Assembly: GCA_043732305.1 (NCBI GenBank)
Contig: JAYTHU010000043.1
Span: 1-16,529, forward strand
Reading direction: 5' to 3'
Length of the DNA stretch: 16,529 nt
DNA from: Oligoflexia bacterium
Lineage (GTDB): Bacteria > Bdellovibrionota > Bdellovibrionia > JABDDW01
This document shows, piece after piece, positions 7,676-14,622 of the stretch. Position 1 is the stretch's first letter; each line of letters starts with the position of its first letter. Under the pieces are notes generated by a model, which had not been told where the DNA came from, did no database searches, and saw only the letters and a list, made by a program, of their open reading frames with translations. The translations under genes were made by a program, and so were the position numbers.

Positions 7676-8635
7676 ATGAAGAAAGCATTTAAAAATCTCT
7701 TTCTGGTCGCATTCGTATTCTCCCTGCTTTTGCACGGCGCTTCTGCTTTGTATGTTTATGTTAAAAATCGTCCTGCAAGGCATGATTCCACTGAAGTCGT
7801 GTTTTTAGATAAAAAAGAGATGGATGATCTCAAGAAAAAACACGCAACGGAAAACAAAGCAAAGCAGGTTGTTGATCAGACAGACAAGCAGATCAATAAA
7901 GAGATAGACGAAAAGGCGAAATATCTTTCCCGTTTTAATCAAAAGGTATTACGTGAAACCAAAGCGGCCAACACTGGCAAATTTCAAAATGCATCACATC
8001 AAGGAATAGCACCAAAAGCTGATGAAAAACAATTAGCGCAAAAAGAAAAAGCCCACCAAGAAACCCAATCTCAAAAAACTCATTCCAGACTTTCCCCAAA
8101 AACCAACTTCAGTGATATTGGTTTACCTAAAATGGCCGACCTCACTCCAAAGTTTGAATGGAACAAAGCCAAAACTGGATTAGAAAATCCTGGACCAACA
8201 AGCCAAACAGATGATCACTTAAAAGATATTGTGACTGGCGGAGAAACAATTTTGAGTTCCCGCGAGTTCGTCTACTACGCCTACTATTCACGCATCAAAG
8301 ACCGCCTCCGTTTGTATTGGGAGCCTAAGATCAAAGAAAAAATCACTCGTGTTTTTGCTGAAGGTAGAAAAATTGCTTCAGATGAAGACCGCATCACTAA
8401 ACTCATCATTGTTTTGGATCGCACGGGGAGAATAGTAAAAGTTCAGGTTTTAGGCGAATCAGGATTGAAAGATTTAGATGATGCTGCTGTTGAGGCGTTT
8501 CAAGCTGCTGCCCCGTTCCCCAATCCTCCACAGGGAATCGTAGACACGGATGGAACGATTAAAATCCACTGGGATTTTGTGATCGAGGCGAATTCAAATA
8601 GAAACATCGAGCAAGGGCAGATAGCTTCTCGATAA
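7676..8635 (+). CDS. TonB/TolA-family protein with TonB C-terminal domain
   Basis: N-terminal TM carrying SLLLH (the S-x3-H energy-coupling motif), a charged linker, and the C-terminal YYSRIK...W...G.I..V.V..ESG...LDDAAVEAFQAAAPFPNPP. Confidence 0.88.
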   Translation: MKKAFKNLFLVAFVFSLLLHGASALYVYVKNRPARHDSTEVVFLDKKEMDDLKKKHATENKAKQVVDQTDKQINKEIDEKAKYLSRFNQKVLRETKAANTGKFQNASHQGIAPKADEKQLAQKEKAHQETQSQKTHSRLSPKTNFSDIGLPKMADLTPKFEWNKAKTGLENPGPTSQTDDHLKDIVTGGETILSSREFVYYAYYSRIKDRLRLYWEPKIKEKITRVFAEGRKIASDEDRITKLIIVLDRTGRIVKVQVLGESGLKDLDDAAVEAFQAAAPFPNPPQGIVDTDGTIKIHWDFVIEANSNRNIEQGQIASR

Positions 8636-8845
8636 TTGCGGTGCCACCAAACTCAACTTGAGAGGTTGAGTTTCATCAATTCGCACTTGCACTCTCTGTC
8701 CTGTGCGCAATAATTTTCCAGTTTCGTTTTTGACTCGAACGAGATCTCCACTGAAATTAATGATGACCTCACCCTGAGCAATCACTTCTTCAACCAATGC
8801 CCATACTTTTTGATTTTGCTTAAAGTCTTTCACTTGAGTTTTCAT
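8594..8845 (-). CDS. Small hypothetical protein, predicted beta-rich (OB/S1-like pattern)
   Basis: 83-aa ORF whose start overlaps the upstream stop (TAATG at 8845), implying coupling. Its 3' end overlaps the TonB-C gene by 42 nt. Confidence 0.65.
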   Translation of the reverse strand: MKTQVKDFKQNQKVWALVEEVIAQGEVIINFSGDLVRVKNETGKLLRTGQRVQVRIDETQPLKLSLVAPQLSRSYLPLLDVSI

Positions 8846-9684
8846 TAGTATTTAAACTCCGCTTGAATTTTTTTAAACACCACAGGCCTAATTTGCTGCG
8901 CATTTTCCATCAGAACCGAACCACGCTTGTAACTTGAGTAAATCAATGTCTGTCCCACGGTGGAACTGTTGCCAGGAGTTTTTGCAGGCACAGAAGTCGC
9001 TTGAACTGGAGCAGCTTGTTGGGGTACGGGAACGGTGGCTTGGAATATCACATTAGGAATTTTCTGCGGAAGAGACCTTATACCATCGTTCACACTGGAA
9101 GACTCTTCTTCACCGTAGTTTTCTGCACTTGCGATAGAAGCATTTTGAGACATCATTTGCGTTTCATCTTCACCGAGCCAAACATTTTCCTCGTCTTTAG
9201 AAACCAGCCGATGGCGATTCAGCTTCACAATCAAATCCAATTCCCCACGAGGAATATCGACTTGAGTCGCAATCTCATCCACCGAAATTCCTTGATGAGC
9301 GAGTTTTGCGGCTTTGATATATTTTGCGGCAGTTTTTCTTTCGATAACTTCTTCATGTGGAATCCGATCTTGAAAAAGTCTCGCCACATTCTTGGATTTT
9401 TCCATAGAGTCTTGAACGCGTGTGAGATGACGATCCACTTCTTCCAAAGTTTCATGCACATCTTGTTGCTTCACTTCCAACAATTGAGTCAGCTGCTTGG
9501 CCGTTGATTCAGATCGATCCATAAGATCTTGCAAGATTGCAATTTTGCTCGAAAGCAATTGCAAGCCTCGACTCATGCGAGGATCTTCGTGACTTTTAAT
9601 TTTGGTTCTTTCAATTAAGAGAACCGTCACAATCGCAATAAACCCGAGATCTAAACCAATTTGTAACAGTAAGAGAGTGCCCAT
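8845..9684 (-). CDS. Membrane-anchored coiled-coil protein with DUF2802-like helical motif
   Basis: SD AAGGAG (9698-9693) before ATG 9684 (MGTLLLLQ...). N-terminal TM, coiled coil, then YIKAAKLAHQGISVDEIATQVDIPRGELDLIVKL and a low-complexity tail. Confidence 0.75.
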   Translation of the reverse strand: MGTLLLLQIGLDLGFIAIVTVLLIERTKIKSHEDPRMSRGLQLLSSKIAILQDLMDRSESTAKQLTQLLEVKQQDVHETLEEVDRHLTRVQDSMEKSKNVARLFQDRIPHEEVIERKTAAKYIKAAKLAHQGISVDEIATQVDIPRGELDLIVKLNRHRLVSKDEENVWLGEDETQMMSQNASIASAENYGEEESSSVNDGIRSLPQKIPNVIFQATVPVPQQAAPVQATSVPAKTPGNSSTVGQTLIYSSYKRGSVLMENAQQIRPVVFKKIQAEFKY

Positions 9685-9706
9685 CCGTGGTGCTCCTTCG
9701 TTAATT

Positions 9707-9735
9707 ATTTTACGCCAGGTTCCATACTCTACCAA
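9707..9735 (-). promoter_or_regulatory. Possible sigma70 promoter of the DUF2802-like gene
   Basis: TTGGTA (9735-9730), 17 nt, TAAAAT (9712-9707). Confidence 0.5.
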
Positions 9736-9761
9736 GCGCATTTCAATTGGCTGAGTGCTTC

Positions 9762-9836
9762 TAGACTTTTGACGCATAGACTTTTGACGCATAGACTTTT
9801 TGACGGATTCCCCCGGATTCCCCCGGATTCCCCCGG
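9762..9836. repeat. Two abutting short tandem repeats
   Basis: TAGACTTTTGACGCA twice plus a degenerate third copy (9762-9805), followed immediately by GGATTCCCCC three times plus GG (9805-9836). Confidence 0.95.
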
Positions 9837-9939
9837 CTCTTCCACGGCACCGGTGACATTTTTGGTAGCTTTTTAAGTTTTTCACGGTAAGGTAACTCCA
9901 ATAAACTCAATTTAAACAAGGGATTACCTTTAAAAGGGC

Positions 9940-9955
9940 TGGCCTCAAACTTGCT
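9940..9955 (+). promoter_or_regulatory. sigma54 (-24/-12) promoter of the 9970 orphan
   Basis: TGGCCTCAAACTTGCT: GG-N10-GC, 14 nt before ATG 9970. Confidence 0.65.
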
Positions 9956-9969
9956 CTTACCTAATAATT

Positions 9970-10878
9970 ATGATTAAAAAATTAATAAACCTTACGGTTA
10001 TATCATTCGGTCTGTTTGTCGCTTTGACTTTTTCTCATAGTCAGGCTCACGCGGCAGAGTCTCTAAAGTTCAAAATTTTAAACGAAGTCGCTCTTCTCCC
10101 TCAACAAGCTCTTGAACGAAGAACGGGGGATCGAAAGGATTCTAGGTTCACATCAAATGTGGAAGATTCATATATCCAGAAATATCTCGAGCAAGGTTCA
10201 ATTAAGCTTTTTATTCTCGCTTTAGAAAAAACCATTTTTAGTTTGTACCTTGAAAAAACTCAAAGCAAGCACGTGAAAACAATCGACGGCCAAAACATCA
10301 ATGAAGCTATTCATGTTCTCGGCGAGACTTTTATTAAAACAATGGTACTCCCAGATTTAAATAAATCTGTAGGCGACACTGCTGATTGCCGAATTGTTGA
10401 ATTCTTTCTAACCGGGGAGCATGGTCTGCTGCCTCTCCTGGTTGCGAAAGAAGGAGAAGCGGCATCTCGACTGACAGCAATCAACCTGAGAAAACTTGAG
10501 ATGGATAAAGTCCATGAAGCCATTTACATCCTACTATTGACAACTCTCAAATCAAGGATTGTCGCAAACGCTTCATATTATTCTTCTCTAAGTGAATTCC
10601 AAAAGGAATCACTCGCCAAAAGTTTTCTCTCACGCATTGAATCCGAGGAAGACATAATCGTTACCGCAAAAATTCTTAAAGCAATGAACGTCAACCCAAA
10701 GTTTTTGGAGACTTATTTTTCTCACTTCACTGAGTTTCAACAAAAAATCGCGAGGGGTCCCAAAGCCGCGTCCATGGCCCTACGACTTGTAAAAATTGCC
10801 AGAAGCGGCAAAACAATTCAATGCGAAAACATTATTGGTGAGATCTCATCTTCCTCTAAAATTGAAATTAAAAATTAA
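9970..10878 (+). CDS. Secreted hypothetical protein, helical
   Basis: 302-aa ORF with a Sec-type signal peptide (MIKK, hydrophobic core, AHA|AE). No family motif recognised. Confidence 0.8.
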   Translation: MIKKLINLTVISFGLFVALTFSHSQAHAAESLKFKILNEVALLPQQALERRTGDRKDSRFTSNVEDSYIQKYLEQGSIKLFILALEKTIFSLYLEKTQSKHVKTIDGQNINEAIHVLGETFIKTMVLPDLNKSVGDTADCRIVEFFLTGEHGLLPLLVAKEGEAASRLTAINLRKLEMDKVHEAIYILLLTTLKSRIVANASYYSSLSEFQKESLAKSFLSRIESEEDIIVTAKILKAMNVNPKFLETYFSHFTEFQQKIARGPKAASMALRLVKIARSGKTIQCENIIGEISSSSKIEIKN

Positions 10879-10901
10879 TCATTATCGATCACCGAATAAA
10901 T

Positions 10902-11435
10902 TTATTCGTGATCTATGGATAGGTAGATTTTCCAGGAACTCGGCGCTTGCGCATAACTCAAACGCACTTGCACTGTGGGAAGCCATTGAGGAACCGTAGG
11001 TTTTTTTAGAAGCTTCATTCCTGCTTGTTGAGGAGTTCTTCCGCCCTTGGATTGATTGCAGTCCATACAAGCGGTTACAATATTTTCCCAAGTTTTTTCC
11101 CCGCCTTGAACAATTGGCTTAACGTGATCAAGAGTTAAGTTTTTTGGTGCGAATCTTTCGTTGCAATACTGGCACTTGTGCCCATCACGGACATAAATAT
11201 TCTCGCGTGAAAATCGAATATAACTTTGAGAAAAAGTTTTAACGTAACGACGAAGTTTAAGAATACTTGGAAGTTTTAAGGTGAATCGCACAGTACGTAC
11301 GGAAGTCTCATGCTCTTCAAGCACGTCGACCTTTCCCTGAAACAAGAGAATCATCGCCTTTTGCCAGCCCACAACTTTAAGTGGTTCAAACGAGGCATTT
11401 AAGACTAATGCATGTGTGGTTGCAGTATTGAAAAT
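10902..11435 (-). CDS. HNH endonuclease (McrA-like, Zn-binding); start codon uncertain (ATT 11435 proposed, first canonical start GTG 11372)
   Basis: FSRENIYVRDGHKCQYC, LTLDHVKP..QGG..TWENIVTACMDCNQSKGGRTPQQAGM. The family's typical N-terminal ALVLNASFEPL lies in frame upstream of 11372. Confidence 0.88.
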   Translation of the reverse strand: MFNTATTHALVLNASFEPLKVVGWQKAMILLFQGKVDVLEEHETSVRTVRFTLKLPSILKLRRYVKTFSQSYIRFSRENIYVRDGHKCQYCNERFAPKNLTLDHVKPIVQGGEKTWENIVTACMDCNQSKGGRTPQQAGMKLLKKPTVPQWLPTVQVRLSYAQAPSSWKIYLSIDHE

Positions 11436-11454
11436 ACATTCCCCCTACATCCCT

Positions 11455-11483
11455 ATTTTTCCAATTAATATCGCGTTCGTCAA
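11455..11483 (-). promoter_or_regulatory. Possible sigma70 promoter of the HNH gene
   Basis: TTGACG (11483-11478), 17 nt ending in TGG, then AAAAAT. Confidence 0.45.
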
Positions 11484-11508
11484 GCCTGACCAAGGACCAG
11501 TTTATTGA

Positions 11509-11823
11509 TCAAATTTTTTTACTGAGTATCCGGCCTTTGGAAATGCTAATTCCCGCGAGTGAATCCTGATATTTGGCAAGCTTGGGATTTAGAAGTAATT
11601 TTCGGCGAGCTTTACGTCGCTCAAGAAAATTTATGACTTGTTCCGTGGAAAACTCATTGTCACGCTCCAGGTCGAGTGCCGTTCTTGCGGCCATAGATTC
11701 GGCTTGGATTTCCGTTTGAGGATCATCTCCTTCAGCCAAAGCACGTCTAATAGGAAGAACTTTTCCTTTTGATGTTTCAGGATCTGATTTAAGAGTGATA
11801 GGCGTAAAAATATCGATACGCAC
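11509..11823 (-). CDS. Hypothetical protein (104 aa)
   Basis: GTG start with GGAGGT 5 nt upstream and an extended -10 just before it. Contains ERRKARRK and ends KGRILSKKI. Confidence 0.75.
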   Translation of the reverse strand: MRIDIFTPITLKSDPETSKGKVLPIRRALAEGDDPQTEIQAESMAARTALDLERDNEFSTEQVINFLERRKARRKLLLNPKLAKYQDSLAGISISKGRILSKKI

Positions 11824-11841
11824 TGAGAACCTCCACTCTCT

Positions 11842-11870
11842 ATTATATCACAATTATTACAGAGACTTAA
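11842..11870 (-). promoter_or_regulatory. sigma70 extended -10 promoter of the 11823 gene
   Basis: TGaTATAAT (11850-11842) with TTAAGT 17 nt upstream of the hexamer. Confidence 0.65.
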
Positions 11871-12048
11871 TGCATAGCATAAAGACTCGAATCCCCTAGT
11901 GTTCTAGGCACGTTGTTTACATTAGAAATAGAATCTTTACTCAGAGCGTATATAGGAGAGTTCTTGCGAGTTTTAATACCGGTCACCGTCCTCTTAACTC
12001 CCAGCGAATCCATGCCTATCGTAATTATTAAGTGATATAACGAAATTA

Positions 12049-13071
12049 ATGAATCGAAAGAAAAACATCATGCCAGCACTTGGCGAGTTGCTCTGTGCTT
12101 GGTACGAGAAAAATAAACGGAATCTTCCTTGGCGCAAATCCAAAAATCCATATGCCATTTGGTTGTCAGAAATCATGCTGCAACAGACCACCGTTAAAGC
12201 CGTCATTCCATATTATGAAAAATTTCTGTCACGGTATCCAACTGCGAAAGATTTAGCCCAGGCCCATGAAGATCAGATTTTAGCGCTTTGGTCAGGACTT
12301 GGTTATTATTCTCGCGCGCGCAATCTGCACGCTGGCGCAAGGCAAATAGCGGAGCTTGGTGAGTTTCCTAAAACTTATTCAGAGATCATCAAACTGAAGG
12401 GCGTTGGCCCTTACACTGCGGCAGCCATCGCAAGCATTGCGTTTGGTGAAAAAGTAGCCGTGGTCGACGGGAATGTGATTCGATTGATTTCAAGAATCTG
12501 TGACATCAGTGAAGACGTTGCCTTGAGTGCGACCCAATTAAAAATTAAGGCTGAAGCTGGTGCTTTTTTAGCCGATGAAGAACCGTCTGTTTTTAATCAG
12601 GCAATGATGGAGCTGGGCGCAACCATATGTACGCCAAAAAATCCGGCATGCTTGATTTGTCCTCTCACCTCATATTGTACAGCATTTAAAAATGGCACCC
12701 AGAGCCTGCGACCGGTAAAAAGCCGAAAGATAAAATTTGAGCCTTGGCTTTGGGAACTGCAGCTTATTTTTAAAAAGGGCAAAATTGCATTGGTCAGAAC
12801 TGAAAACGGGACCCCTTGGCTTAAAAACACATGGGTGCTGCCGGGAAAAGCGCAGAAACTTAAATCTTTAAAACCTCAAAGCTGGGATTTAAAACATTCC
12901 ATCACCAAGCATAATATTTTTGTTGTGGTCACGAAATCAAGTATCCCGCCTAAAAGCAAAAGTCTCACCTGGGTTGAGCTTAAAGAACTTGAAAATTTCG
13001 GCGTGAGCAGTATTGTTAAAAAGGTTTTAAATTCTAAAAAAGCTCAAGAACTACTGAGGAAAAAATCATGA
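12049..13071 (+). CDS. mutY: A/G-specific adenine glycosylase MutY
   Basis: RNLPWR, PYAIWLSEIMLQQT, WSGLGYYSRARNLH, HhH motif LKGVGPYTA, VDGNVIR, NQAMMELGA, [4Fe-4S] CX6CX2CX5C, and H.ITKH in the C-terminal domain. Confidence 0.95.
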   Translation: MNRKKNIMPALGELLCAWYEKNKRNLPWRKSKNPYAIWLSEIMLQQTTVKAVIPYYEKFLSRYPTAKDLAQAHEDQILALWSGLGYYSRARNLHAGARQIAELGEFPKTYSEIIKLKGVGPYTAAAIASIAFGEKVAVVDGNVIRLISRICDISEDVALSATQLKIKAEAGAFLADEEPSVFNQAMMELGATICTPKNPACLICPLTSYCTAFKNGTQSLRPVKSRKIKFEPWLWELQLIFKKGKIALVRTENGTPWLKNTWVLPGKAQKLKSLKPQSWDLKHSITKHNIFVVVTKSSIPPKSKSLTWVELKELENFGVSSIVKKVLNSKKAQELLRKKS

Positions 13072-14153
13072 TCTCGAAATCACAGACTGGCTATTTAGCG
13101 CTATCATTTCTATTTATAGCAACCACGAGCTGCAAATCTGTTGCAGTCAAAGATCCGACCACCGGCGAAACAATAGCTGCTCCCCAGGCGATTGTGATTC
13201 CAAAAGATTACACCCCCGCCATCCCTGCGCAACTCACGACGGTGGGTTACAACGGTGAATCTTACTTTTCTCCCGATGGTACAAAATTAATTTTTCAAAG
13301 CAAAAAGCGTCCAAGCCATGCGAACTCTCAAATTTACACGCTCGATTTAAAAACCGGAAAAGAAAAACGCATCACCCACCATGATGGTGAAGACACTTGC
13401 TCTTATTATTCCCCTGATGGCACAAAAATAATCTACGCGTCTACAACGGATGAAATCAAAGAACATCCAGAGACAACTCCACCCGAAGCTAAACCCGAAA
13501 CTCAAACAGCAGCAGAACCCAAGAAGAAAAAATACGAATGGAAGTTTTTACCTTATGAAATTTATCAAGCGGATGCCGATGGCAGTCACACCACAAGACT
13601 CACTCATAGCCAGGGCTATGACGCTGAAGGCGTTTATTCGAATGATGGGAAAAACATTCTCTTCACCTCGATAAGAGACGGAGATTTAGAGCTCTACACC
13701 ATGCATGCCAATGGCACAAACCAAAGGCGCCTCACATTTACCAAGGGCTACGACGGTGGCGGATTTTATTCTCCCAACGGGCAGCAAATAGCTTGGCGCG
13801 GGTTTCATGATGAAAAAGGCAATGCTCAACTTTTCACGGCAGATAAAAATGGAAAGCACATCAAACAACTCACCAATTCCGAAGCCATTAACTGGTGTCC
13901 ATTTTGGCATCCCGATGGCAAGAAAATTATTTTCTCCAGCAATCGCGGAGACAAATCTAATTTTGAAATATATCAAATCAACAGTGATGGAACTTGTTTG
14001 AAACGTCTCACGTATTCTCCGGGTGCAGATATTCTGCCCGTCTTTTCCCTCGATGGTAAAAAGATAGCGTTCACAAGCAATCGCTCAGGTTCAAATCAAC
14101 TTTATGTGATGGATTATGTGGAGCCCAAAGATTGTCTTAGTGACATTCCTTAG
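13068..14153 (+). CDS. TolB-like PD40 beta-propeller lipoprotein
   Basis: Repeated (F/Y/W)SPDGxK(I/L)(I/A)FxS blades and a lipobox-like TTSC at residue 22. ATGA overlap with mutY. No TolB N-terminal domain. Confidence 0.88.
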   Translation: MISKSQTGYLALSFLFIATTSCKSVAVKDPTTGETIAAPQAIVIPKDYTPAIPAQLTTVGYNGESYFSPDGTKLIFQSKKRPSHANSQIYTLDLKTGKEKRITHHDGEDTCSYYSPDGTKIIYASTTDEIKEHPETTPPEAKPETQTAAEPKKKKYEWKFLPYEIYQADADGSHTTRLTHSQGYDAEGVYSNDGKNILFTSIRDGDLELYTMHANGTNQRRLTFTKGYDGGGFYSPNGQQIAWRGFHDEKGNAQLFTADKNGKHIKQLTNSEAINWCPFWHPDGKKIIFSSNRGDKSNFEIYQINSDGTCLKRLTYSPGADILPVFSLDGKKIAFTSNRSGSNQLYVMDYVEPKDCLSDIP

Positions 14154-14622
14154 ACATGAATTTCGCGTTAACGGTGAAATCTCTTGGAGACGGATCCATC
14201 TCACCAGCAAACTTTTCATAGGGCACTGAGAAGTTGAGGTAGTTCCCTCGAACCGTGACGGCGGGGGGGCCTTCCGCGTAATATTTGCAGATTTGTTTTT
14301 TCTTTGTCTTATCGAGATCGAAAACCTTGATAATTTCCGAATGAGCTCCAGCGGTCCAAATTGTGACGAGCACATTTTTTTTCCAGGCTGGAACAAATTT
14401 TACGTCATAGCTGACTAAACCATCAGTTTCATTGTCGGTACCGACTCGCAAAAGTAATCGCGCGATCGATTTACCATTCATGGGCAAGCCATAAACTTCA
14501 ATTTGATCTTTACGATTGATACCTTGAACCACTTTGATGTCCCAGGGTACAGAAGCCACGACAACGCCATTGAAAATAAAAGTAATCGCGCAAAAATTTA
14601 AAAACAAGCGGAGAGTTTTCAT
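14137..14622 (-). CDS. Small secreted hypothetical protein
   Basis: 161 aa with a signal-peptide-like N-terminus. ATGA overlap with the upstream large gene. Beta-rich pattern with two Cys in the mature part. Confidence 0.72.
   Translation of the reverse strand: MKTLRLFLNFCAITFIFNGVVVASVPWDIKVVQGINRKDQIEVYGLPMNGKSIARLLLRVGTDNETDGLVSYDVKFVPAWKKNVLVTIWTAGAHSEIIKVFDLDKTKKKQICKYYAEGPPAVTVRGNYLNFSVPYEKFAGEMDPSPRDFTVNAKFMSKECH

Noticed and set aside
9001..9507. 168-aa plus-strand ORF, and the other short overlapping ORFs in the track
   Set aside because: They are antisense or alternate-frame shadows of well-supported genes, with no motifs or start signals.
9762..9836. Repeats as a CRISPR array or iterons
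   Set aside because: The units are 10-15 bp, directly abutting with no spacers, and there are no cas or rep genes nearby.
9685..9885. 67-aa N-terminal extension of the DUF2802-like ORF (KSMRQKSMRQKS)
   Set aside because: It is the translation of the tandem repeats and promoter; the start at 9684 has AAGGAG and begins with a TM helix.
10902..11435. HNH gene as a mobile homing endonuclease, IscB-like element or part of a defence island
   Set aside because: No intron, RuvC motifs, transposon ends, methylase or other defence genes; it matches the widespread stand-alone chromosomal HNH type.
11906..11921. sigma54-like AGGCACGTTGTTTACA
   Set aside because: Good -24 box, but the invariant -12 GC is AC.
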